A stretch of DNA of 57,080 nucleotides from Clostridia bacterium (GTDB taxonomy: Bacteria > CBDUZB01 > JAGLHV01), in the NCBI GenBank assembly GCA_030637025.1, contig DAOVVV010000015.1, positions 1 through 57,080 on the forward strand, in the 5' to 3' direction. The notes beneath the pieces were generated by a model that did not search any database, was not told the DNA's origin, and was given only the letters and a program-made list of their open reading frames with translations. Made by a program: the position numbers and the translations under genes. Below are positions 27,495 to 35,834 of the stretch, one piece after another. Within the stretch, counting starts at the first letter, position 1; every line of letters starts with the position of its first letter.

Positions 27495-28253
27495 TTACCC
27501 TTTCTTGCTGAGGAAATACCGTAATAATAAATATAAAGGAAAAGCAGAAATAAAATAGACAAATGCTTTAGTCAATAAATTTTTAACCATTAATCCTTCC
27601 ATAAAAAAAATCATACAGATTATCCCTACTGCCCAAAAAAATTCGGATTCGATTTTTTCCAAAGAAACATGGGGAAAAGAATTAGCAAAAACCTTTCCTC
27701 CGACGGCATCAATTAAAACCGTAAATCGCCCTTTTTCTCCGGCATATCTATATTGACATAAAAAAAACGGAAGATGCAAAAGCATAGCTTGGGAAAAATC
27801 CCCTTTTTTAATCTCCTTTTCCATATTTTTTTTAATCGCTTCATAAGCAATACTGGGCACTACTATTTTTTTATCTTTTATATCTTTATTCTCAGGATCG
27901 AAAAAATTTAATTTACCGGCAGGGGGAATAACAACTTTTTCAATTTCATCAATTGCCGTCGGAGCAGCAAGTTTAAGGCTTGTCTCTTCTTTTTTCCCTT
28001 TTAATAACCAGAAAGGAAAATAAAAAATTTCTTTTTTTTCTATTTTAATTCTTTTTTTCAAGTTTCTTCTCTTCAGGAAAGCAGAAAGGATTAATTTTAA
28101 ATCTTCCTTGATTATTTTAGAAGATAAATAATAATGAAAAATCACCTTAGAGGAATCTAAATATAAAGAAGAACCACAGTAAGTACAAGTAAAAAATATT
28201 TCATTAGGTTTTATTTTTAGTTCGGCTCCGCACTGATTACATTTAACTTGCAT
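27495..28253 (-). CDS. Zinc-ribbon protein with two C-terminal TM helices
   Basis: CNQC..CTYC, YFPFW, HLPFF..Y.Y.G..IDAVGGK motifs. Confidence 0.78.
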   Translation of the reverse strand: MQVKCNQCGAELKIKPNEIFFTCTYCGSSLYLDSSKVIFHYYLSSKIIKEDLKLILSAFLKRRNLKKRIKIEKKEIFYFPFWLLKGKKEETSLKLAAPTAIDEIEKVVIPPAGKLNFFDPENKDIKDKKIVVPSIAYEAIKKNMEKEIKKGDFSQAMLLHLPFFLCQYRYAGEKGRFTVLIDAVGGKVFANSFPHVSLEKIESEFFWAVGIICMIFFMEGLMVKNLLTKAFVYFISAFPLYLLLRYFLSKKG

Positions 28254-28392
28254 AAAATATCTCTCTTTTCCAATACATTAACACCCGGTTTCTTCCGGAA
28301 AAACAACTACTTATTCACGCTAAAAATAAATAGGTTCTTTCGTAAATAAAAATCTGAAATAATGCAAATATAAATATTAAAAAAATTAGAAA

Positions 28393-28637
28393 AATAAAGG
28401 CTAAATATGTTTTGAACGACTTAGCAAGTTTTAGCGAAAATAAGCATTTGCAAACCGCATTTTTTAAAACCTCAATTTAATCAATTTAAACTTCCAAATC
28501 ATATATCTGTTGTCTTTATTCCGTTGTCTATGGACTATCGACTATGGACTATCGACTGTGGACTATGGACTATTTTGTTTTTGCGTGCCCGAAGGGTAAA
28601 ATTACGCGTTTAGAGAGAAACATATTTTGCCTTTATT
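28393..28637. repeat. MITE with 20-bp TIRs carrying a T(G/C)GACTA heptamer tandem repeat
   Basis: AATAAAGGCTAAATATGTTT / AAACATATTTTGCCTTTATT (1 mismatch); six heptamers at 28531-28572. Confidence 0.8.
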
Positions 28638-28647
28638 AAACCACATC

Positions 28648-29694
28648 TTACAATTTCTTACCGCATTCAGGACAAAATTTAACCTCTGAAGGAATAGTAT
28701 TCTTACATTCCGGACAGGTTTTTGTTGCTTCGTGAACTAATTTTTCTCCGCAATTAGAACAAAACTTTGCCCCGGCAGCCATAGTCACCTGGCATTTAGT
28801 ACATTTTATTGTTGCACCCTTGGGAAGAGAAGTATTTCCCTGCATTGACTGCATAATCATCCCGGGTAACATCATTCCCATTCCTGCTCCTAAACCCATA
28901 CCCATTCCTGCTCCGGCAGTTCCTCCTCCTTCTGCTCGTCCTTTAGCTGCTTCTTCTATTGCCCGGGCTGCTTTAAATTGCATATATCCTTTCAGGCCCC
29001 CTACTGCTTCCAGGCCGCTTCTTTCATCAATAACTTCCTGAACTTTATCGGGCACAGTAATTGACCCAATGATAAAATCAACCAATTCCACCCCGTATTT
29101 AGCAAAATCATCCTTGACTCTTGTTTTCATTCCAACGGCTAATTCATCATAATATTGGGGAAGATCAAATATTGTTTTCAAATTTTCTCCTAAAAGGTCA
29201 TTTAATCTGCCTACTATTATTTCCCTAAAAAAATCCTCCAATAGTCCGGAATTATAACTACCCTGAGTTCCTACAATCTTATTTACAAAAAGTTGAGCAT
29301 CGGTAATTCTGGTGGAAAACATCCCAAATCCGCGTAGTCTAACCATTTTCAGCTCTGAATCATGAAAAACAACAGGTTCTTTTGTCCCCCATTTCATATT
29401 TATAAAAACTTTTTCACTAACAAAATACACTTCTGCCCTAAAAGGACTGGTAAAACCATAAGGTAAACTTAAAACCCGGGTAATAATGGGAATGTTTTCA
29501 GTCGTTAAAACATGCCGGCCCGGTCCAAAGGTATCTAACGCTTTTCCGTCACGAAAAAATACTGCTTTTTGATTTTCCCGAACAATAAGCTGGGCACCCA
29601 TTTTGATATCTCCGGAACCATGCTCTGGAAGACGATGCACCATTTCTTGCCCCGTTTCATCTAAAAATTCCAAAACTTCAATTAAAATCCCCAT
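28648..29694 (-). CDS. SPFH (band 7, YdjI-like) protein with C-terminal double zinc ribbon
   Basis: [22 protein letters not shown]...L.T.NIP, KWGT; Gly/Met linker; four CxxC pairs. Confidence 0.88.
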   Translation of the reverse strand: MGILIEVLEFLDETGQEMVHRLPEHGSGDIKMGAQLIVRENQKAVFFRDGKALDTFGPGRHVLTTENIPIITRVLSLPYGFTSPFRAEVYFVSEKVFINMKWGTKEPVVFHDSELKMVRLRGFGMFSTRITDAQLFVNKIVGTQGSYNSGLLEDFFREIIVGRLNDLLGENLKTIFDLPQYYDELAVGMKTRVKDDFAKYGVELVDFIIGSITVPDKVQEVIDERSGLEAVGGLKGYMQFKAARAIEEAAKGRAEGGGTAGAGMGMGLGAGMGMMLPGMIMQSMQGNTSLPKGATIKCTKCQVTMAAGAKFCSNCGEKLVHEATKTCPECKNTIPSEVKFCPECGKKL

Positions 29695-29724
29695 TTTAGT
29701 TTCCTCCTTATTATTTCTATGCTA

Positions 29725-29889
29725 TAGACTTCTGCAAAATATCCTTTTTACCTGTATTGCCTGCCCGCTCCGCCTTAGGCGAATAAGGAGGGTCATTCCT
29801 GCAAAAGCAGGAATCTATTGATATTTAAGAACATTATAGATTCCGCATCAAGTGCGGAATGACAGAATGTGTTATTTTGCAGAACTCTA
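29725..29889. repeat. MITE (TAGACTTCTGCAAAAT ends)
   Basis: TIRs TAGACTTCTGCAAAATA / TATTTTGCAGAACTCTA; homologous to 6653-6931. Confidence 0.8.
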
Positions 29890-29902
29890 TTTTTATGCTC
29901 TT

Positions 29903-30403
29903 TTAAGTGATGATTCCTTTTTCTCTTTCAGAAAAAATATCATCTAAATTTTCGATTTTTTCCGAAAGTAAAGAAATCTTTTCTTCTGTCGCGTCTTCTT
30001 TTACTGCCTCTATCATTTTTTTCAATTCTTCAACTTTCTCTATTAATGAATAATCAAATCGACAAATATCATCCAATTTTTCAGCATCAATCTTAACCTG
30101 ATCAAAAAAACCGCTATATCCATAATTAGCAAAGCGAATTTTATCCGCTATTTTTTCCATTTTTTTAGTCAATCGATCAATCCTATCTATTCCTGATAAC
30201 TGTTGTTTTTCTACCCTCTCCGAAGCAATTTGAGCTATCGATTCTTTCCCTTGATTGAGTTGTTTAGATAGAAAATCACGAATTAATTTATCTGCATCCC
30301 GCCTTCTTTCTCTATCTTTATATCCCCCATAACCCGGTATCTTTTCAGTAAGAACCTGCCACTTATTCCGTTCATTTTCCATTTTTCCTGTAAAATTATC
30401 CAT
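29903..30403 (-). CDS. Hypothetical alpha-helical protein
   Basis: KIPGYGGYKDRERRRDADKLIR and A.YGYSGFFD motifs; GGAGG RBS; first gene of the SPFH cluster. Confidence 0.8.
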   Translation of the reverse strand: MDNFTGKMENERNKWQVLTEKIPGYGGYKDRERRRDADKLIRDFLSKQLNQGKESIAQIASERVEKQQLSGIDRIDRLTKKMEKIADKIRFANYGYSGFFDQVKIDAEKLDDICRFDYSLIEKVEELKKMIEAVKEDATEEKISLLSEKIENLDDIFSEREKGIIT

Positions 30404-30456
30404 AAACCCTCCTATTTTATTCTCTATTAAAAAAACAATTTTCTTTCTTATGGAAA

Positions 30457-31248
30457 TCAGGAACTACTTTTTTCTTTTTTAGAAATTCTTTTTATACTTA
30501 ATGCTTTACCTGTTTTTTCATTTATCTCTATAACTACTCCCTCAAAAATAGGCCCTTCCCGGGCTACTTCAAAACGAATAGGTAAACTAGTCAAATATCT
30601 TTTTAAAATTATTTCTTTCTTTACTCCGATTACCGAATCACTGGGACCGGTCATACCTACATCGGTAAGATATGCTGTTCCCTGTGGTAAAATTTTTTCA
30701 TCGGCAGTAGCAACATGGGTATGTGTCCCAATAACCGCACTCACTTTACCATCAAGATACAAGCCAAAACATAATTTTTCTGAAGTTGCCTCAGCATGAA
30801 AATCAACAAAAACAATAGGGGTTTGCGCTTTTATTTCTTCGATAATAGCATCACTCTTTCGAAAAGGACAATCTATGTTAGCCATAAAAACCCGCCCCAT
30901 AAGACTTATTACTCCGATTTTCACTCCTTTAAAGCTGGGAACATATACATTAAAACCTTTACCGGGAACATTCGGCGGATAGTTTGCCGGACGAAGTATT
31001 CGGGGATGACCTATAATTTCAAAAACCTCTTTGCGGTCCCAGGTATGATTTCCCAAAGTAATAACATCCACCCCCATAAAAAATATTTCCTCGGCAACTC
31101 TGGGAGTAATGCCAAATCCACCGGCTGAGTTCTCTGCATTAACAATGGTAAAATCTATTTGTTCCTCTTTTTTTATTTGAGGCAATAACTCTTTTAATAT
31201 CTTTCTTCCCACTTCACCCACAATATCAGCAATAAACAATAATTTCAT
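30457..31248 (-). CDS. ymdB: YmdB-like (TIGR00282) metallophosphoesterase
   Basis: NAEN.AGGFG, TLGNH, RPANYP, DFHAEATSEK, GTHTHV; downstream of rny. Confidence 0.93.
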   Translation of the reverse strand: MKLLFIADIVGEVGRKILKELLPQIKKEEQIDFTIVNAENSAGGFGITPRVAEEIFFMGVDVITLGNHTWDRKEVFEIIGHPRILRPANYPPNVPGKGFNVYVPSFKGVKIGVISLMGRVFMANIDCPFRKSDAIIEEIKAQTPIVFVDFHAEATSEKLCFGLYLDGKVSAVIGTHTHVATADEKILPQGTAYLTDVGMTGPSDSVIGVKKEIILKRYLTSLPIRFEVAREGPIFEGVVIEINEKTGKALSIKRISKKEKSSS

Positions 31249-31363
31249 TAATTTACCCTTTTAAATTTTAAAATACCCTGCTCTGGCAAATACAAACATA
31301 CAGGAACTATCTTTTAAATATATTCCTGTTCTATTTTGAATAAAGTAAAACCCTATTTAGATA

Positions 31364-32923
31364 TTATTTAGCTAATTCCACTGCCCGTATTTCTCTAATA
31401 ACAGTAACTTTTATCTGTCCGGGATATTCTAATTCCTGTTCAATCTTCTTAGCAACATCCCTGGCTAATTGGGCTGCGTTATTATCATCTATATCTTCCG
31501 GTTCAACTATAATTCTTAATTCTCTACCCGCTTGAATTGCATAACTTTTTTCTACTCCCTGGAATCCATTAGCTATTCCTTCTAACTTTTCCAGTCTTTT
31601 TAAATAGCGTTCTAAACTTTCCCTTCTTACTCCGGGACGCGCAGCAGAAATTGCATCTGCTGCCTGAAGTAATACTGCTTCTACACTTTGTGGTTCTTCT
31701 CCCCCTTCATGATGAGATAAAATAGCATTAACCATTTTATCTCCTTCATTAAATCTTTTAGCTAAATCCGCACCTATTTGAGGGTGAGACCCTTCCACCT
31801 CATGATCCACAGCTTTTCCAACATCATGCAGAAGCCCGGCGCGTTTGCTAAAAGTAATATCCACCCCTATTTCTGCTGCTAAAACAGTCATAATACGGGC
31901 TACTTCTTTGGAATGTTGTAAAACATTTTGACCATAACTGGTTCGATATTTTAATCTACCTATTAGTCTTACCAGCTCCGGATGAAGACCCACTATCCCT
32001 AACTCAAAAACCGTTTGCTCTCCCACTTCTTTTAAATAAACCTCCATCTCCTTACTTACCTTATTTACAACTTCTTCGATGCGGGTAGGATGAATTCTTC
32101 CATCGCTAATCAATCTTTCTAAAGCTACCCTGGCTATTTCCCTTCTTACTCCGTCAAATGCAGATAAAGTAATCGCCTCCGGAGTATCATCAACTATTAA
32201 ATCAACACCTGTAATCGTTTCAAAAGCACGAATATTTCTCCCTTCCCTACCTATAATTCTACCTTTCATTTCATCGCTGGATAAAGAAACCGTTGATACC
32301 GTAATATCCGCGGTATGCTCTGCAGCACATCTTTGAATAGACAAACTAATTATCTCTTTTGCTTTTTTACTAGCTATTTCCCGTGTTTCTTCTTCCATTC
32401 TCTTTATTAACACAGCTGATTCGTATTTCAGCGTTTCCTCCATCTTTTGCAGGAGAAGTTTCTTCGCTTCTTCACAACTCATCTTAGCCAATCGTTCTAA
32501 TACCTTCTTTTGTTCTTCATTCTGTCTGCTTATCCTTTGCTCTTTTTCCCGAAGCTGTTTATCCTGGTTAAGCAAATATTTCTCTTTTACTATAACCTCT
32601 TTTTCTTTCCTGTCTGAAATATCCATTTTTTTATCCAGGTTTTGTTCTTTTTGAATTAATCTTTTTTCTGCATTATTCAATTCTACCCGGCGACTACGTG
32701 TTTCTTTATCAAATTCTATCCGAAGTCGATGTCTTTCTTCTTTTATCTCTAAAAAACCCTCTTTCTTCTTTGTTTCTGCTTCTCTAACAGCCTCTTCTAA
32801 AATTCTTTTAGATTCTTTTTCTGAAAGATTAATATTAAACTTAATATAAATTAGCCTTAATAAATAACCTAAAAGTGTCCCTAAAAAAAGGCTACCAATT
32901 GTCCATAAACTAAACTTATTCAT
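31364..32923 (-). CDS. rny: Ribonuclease Y
   Basis: N-terminal TM, coiled coil, KH domain (MKGRIIGREGRNIR), HD domain (LLHDVGK). Confidence 0.97.
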   Translation of the reverse strand: MNKFSLWTIGSLFLGTLLGYLLRLIYIKFNINLSEKESKRILEEAVREAETKKKEGFLEIKEERHRLRIEFDKETRSRRVELNNAEKRLIQKEQNLDKKMDISDRKEKEVIVKEKYLLNQDKQLREKEQRISRQNEEQKKVLERLAKMSCEEAKKLLLQKMEETLKYESAVLIKRMEEETREIASKKAKEIISLSIQRCAAEHTADITVSTVSLSSDEMKGRIIGREGRNIRAFETITGVDLIVDDTPEAITLSAFDGVRREIARVALERLISDGRIHPTRIEEVVNKVSKEMEVYLKEVGEQTVFELGIVGLHPELVRLIGRLKYRTSYGQNVLQHSKEVARIMTVLAAEIGVDITFSKRAGLLHDVGKAVDHEVEGSHPQIGADLAKRFNEGDKMVNAILSHHEGGEEPQSVEAVLLQAADAISAARPGVRRESLERYLKRLEKLEGIANGFQGVEKSYAIQAGRELRIIVEPEDIDDNNAAQLARDVAKKIEQELEYPGQIKVTVIREIRAVELAK

Positions 32924-32949
32924 AATTCGCCCCTTTCTATCTTATTTTA

Positions 32950-33585
32950 TTAATTTATTATCCTACTACATTCTTTCCTTTCAATTACTTCTCCGGCAAC
33001 TTTTTTAGCCCTAATTACTCTTTTTTCGGTAATTACTAAATTCATGTTTATATCATGTTTCCTGTTAAAGGGAATTTTATCTATTACCTGAAATTCATAG
33101 GCTAAACCAACTCTGGAAACTTCTTTTCTCAATTTTTTTAAAAACCGATCATAATATCCATAACCAAACCCTATCCTTTGCCTCCGAGAGTCAAAAACTA
33201 TTCCCGGAATAACTACCATTTCAATATTATTTTTATTAAACTTTTTTATTGAAGGCTTTTTTATCTCCATTATTCCAAATATTCCTTTCTTTAATTGTTT
33301 TTTATAAGTTTTACTCACCTGGAAAACTTCCATCTCCCCTTGCCGGTCTACTATTACAGGCAACACTATCTTTTTCCCCATATTTAAGGCAGCATTTATC
33401 ATTTCTTCCGTTACTACTTCCCCTTCAAAACTAAAATAAAACATAACAACTTTTGCTTCTTTAAATTCCGGTAAAGTAAATAATCTTTGAGCTATTTTCT
33501 TGCTTTTTTCTTCTCTTTCCTCCAATGAAAGATTTTTTCTTAATTTTCTGAATTTGTTCCTTAAATTATTCTTATCTATTTTCAT
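32950..33585 (-). CDS. fau: 5-formyltetrahydrofolate cyclo-ligase
   Basis: VIPGIVFD...RIGFGYGYYDR, HDI.M..VITE. Confidence 0.93.
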   Translation of the reverse strand: MKIDKNNLRNKFRKLRKNLSLEEREEKSKKIAQRLFTLPEFKEAKVVMFYFSFEGEVVTEEMINAALNMGKKIVLPVIVDRQGEMEVFQVSKTYKKQLKKGIFGIMEIKKPSIKKFNKNNIEMVVIPGIVFDSRRQRIGFGYGYYDRFLKKLRKEVSRVGLAYEFQVIDKIPFNRKHDINMNLVITEKRVIRAKKVAGEVIERKECSRIIN

Positions 33586-34888
33586 TCTTTTCCATCAAAC
33601 TAATCAACCGTTTTTTTATTTTCGATTCGTATCCTTCTTCTGTCGGATTATAATAATTTCTTTTTTCCGGTAAATATTCCTGTTGTACATAATGCCCGGT
33701 AAATTCATGTGGATATTTATAGTCTTTTCCGTGTCCAAACTTTCCCGAATGAGCATCTTTTAAATGAACAGGAACCTTCATTATTTTACCTTCCTCTATA
33801 TCTTTCAAAGCTGCTTCTATTCCTAAATAAGATGCATTGCTTTTAGGTGCACAGGCAATATAAATAGCTGCTTGCGCCAAAGGAATTTTTGCCTCGGGCA
33901 TACCTACTAATTCACTAATCTTTAAAGCAGCCGCCGCTACACATATAGCCTGCGGATCTGCGTTTCCTACATCTTCTGAAGCACAAATAGCAATTCTCCT
34001 GGCAATAAACCTGGGATCTTCTCCGGCATAAATCATTTTAGCCAGCCAATATAAAGCAGCATCAGGATCAGAACCCCTCATACTTTTAATAAAAGCTGAA
34101 ATTGTATCAAAATGTTCATCTTCTTTTTTATCATACAGAAGAACTTTTTTTTGAATAGATTCTTCACTCACTGAAAGACTAAAATTAATCACATTTTTTT
34201 TATCCGGGAGTGTACTAATTACCCCCAATTCCAACGCATTTAGTGCCTTTCGCGCATCACCTCCTATAGCTCCGATTAAATGTTTAAGAGCTTCTTTTTC
34301 CACATTTATTTTATACTTACCCAATCCCCGATTAAAATCAATCATTGCTTTTGTTAAAATAGTTTCTATTTCTTTTTCGTTCAGGGATTTAAATTCAAAC
34401 ACTACCGATCGGGAAATCAAAGCAGAATTTAAATAAAAACAAGGATTATGAGTGGTAATACCTATTAAAACAATTATTCCTTTCTCTACATTAGGAAGGA
34501 GGGCATCTTGTTGTGTTTTATTAAAATGATGAATTTCTTCAATCAACAGTATAGTTTTTTTATTATTTTGCACCCTTCTCTGGTAAGCATTTTTTATTTC
34601 TCTGCGCAAATCAGCTACTCCACAAGTTACTGCATTTAAAGAAACAAAATTACTACTTGTCCTTTTAGCAATAACATTAGCCAACGCTGATTTCCCACAG
34701 CCGGAAGGGCCGTAAAAAATTAAGGAACTAATCCTATCTGTTTCAATAAGCCTACGCAAAAGTTTATTTTCTCCCAATATATGCCCCTGGCCAACAAACT
34801 CGCTTAAACTTTCAGGGCACATACGTAAAGCTAAAGGCATATCCTGATTATTTATTCGTTGATGAAACAAATCCATTTTATTCCCCAA
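33572..34888 (-). CDS. rarA: Replication-associated recombination protein A (AAA+)
   Basis: PLALRM.P, GPSGCGKS, SAFIKSMRGSDPDAA, ASEDVGNADP. Confidence 0.95.
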   Translation of the reverse strand: MGNKMDLFHQRINNQDMPLALRMCPESLSEFVGQGHILGENKLLRRLIETDRISSLIFYGPSGCGKSALANVIAKRTSSNFVSLNAVTCGVADLRREIKNAYQRRVQNNKKTILLIEEIHHFNKTQQDALLPNVEKGIIVLIGITTHNPCFYLNSALISRSVVFEFKSLNEKEIETILTKAMIDFNRGLGKYKINVEKEALKHLIGAIGGDARKALNALELGVISTLPDKKNVINFSLSVSEESIQKKVLLYDKKEDEHFDTISAFIKSMRGSDPDAALYWLAKMIYAGEDPRFIARRIAICASEDVGNADPQAICVAAAALKISELVGMPEAKIPLAQAAIYIACAPKSNASYLGIEAALKDIEEGKIMKVPVHLKDAHSGKFGHGKDYKYPHEFTGHYVQQEYLPEKRNYYNPTEEGYESKIKKRLISLMEKNENR

Positions 34889-34973
34889 TTTATTTCTGTT
34901 TCAAAGATATTTTAATCTACGCTCTTAATTGACATTTCTTATTTAACTTTAATTTATTGGTTATTAAATAAAA

Positions 34974-35128
34974 AACCCCCGCGCATGCCGTGTGTGTAGC
35001 CTTTTGAAGCCCAAATACCAAGTGGGTATTCCGTTTCTGTAACCAAGATTACAGAAAACCGACAAATTCCCTGATTTTAGGCTTGTAGGCTCAAAATGAT
35101 CAACACATCACTAACATCGCAGGGACAA
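34974..35128 (-). ncRNA. ssrS: 6S RNA
   Basis: Closing stem CCCTGCGATGTT..GTGT / ACAC..GGCATGCGCGGGG, TTGAGCC/GGCTTCAA, CCCACTTGG; between zapA and fau; upstream TTGAGA-N17-TAAAAT. Confidence 0.85.
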
Positions 35129-35253
35129 CTAAAAAGGTCTCTAATTATTTTAACAAAATCTCAAAACTTTCTCAAATTAAAATACCTTTTACTAAACCCC
35201 CACTAGAAAAAATTCAATTTTCTTCCCGATTCACACCACAAAAACAAAAATAT

Positions 35254-35538
35254 TCATTCTAAAACAGTATTTAATAATTTAACTAATTCTTCAGTGTCTT
35301 TTTCCATTGAATCATGAAGAAAATTTTTATTTTCCTTTAATTTAAACAATTCATCAGCAATATTCAAGGCTGCCAGTACAGCTACTTTATTTGTGTCTAC
35401 TATGTTAGTAATGCGTGAAATCTCCCTCATTTTTTGATCAACTAAAGAGGCTAAAGAATATATATGTAACGGATCTTCTTCACTAGTAACTTCATATTCT
35501 CTGCCAAATATTTTTATTACTATTTTGTCTTTAGCCAC
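35254..35538 (-). CDS. zapA: Cell division protein ZapA
   Basis: IFGREY, VDQKMREI, AVLAALNIADE. Confidence 0.92.
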   Translation of the reverse strand: MAKDKIVIKIFGREYEVTSEEDPLHIYSLASLVDQKMREISRITNIVDTNKVAVLAALNIADELFKLKENKNFLHDSMEKDTEELVKLLNTVLE

Positions 35539-35556
35539 TCCGTCTCACCTAATTTT

Positions 35557-35796
35557 TTATATTTTAAATTTTTCCATTTTTTTTAAAAGTTCCAGCATTT
35601 TTCCTTTTATTTTTTCTTGTTCTTTCTGAAGTAATTCATTTTCCCTGATCATTTTTTGTGCTTTTTCATTTTCCCTTTCTAAAAATTTTACATTCTCGGC
35701 GTTTTTACTAACCTTTTCTTTTAATAATTTGTTCTCTTCTTTTAAAGAATAAACAATTGCTACTGTTTTTATTATTTTATCCTTTAATATTTTCAT
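35557..35796 (-). CDS. Small coiled-coil protein (ZapB-like)
   Basis: Heptad-rich protein between pheT and zapA; start uncertain. Confidence 0.65.
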   Translation of the reverse strand: MKILKDKIIKTVAIVYSLKEENKLLKEKVSKNAENVKFLERENEKAQKMIRENELLQKEQEKIKGKMLELLKKMEKFKI

Positions 35797-35834
35797 TATT
35801 ATTGTTGTTTAAAAATAAACCTTTTAAAATTTTT

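Noticed and set aside
28524-28572. Possible CRISPR or mini-array
   Set aside because: Plain 7-mer tandem repeat without spacers; no cas genes in the window
28648-29694. Viral origin of the SPFH protein (family often labelled virion core protein)
   Set aside because: A legacy annotation label; no phage genes nearby
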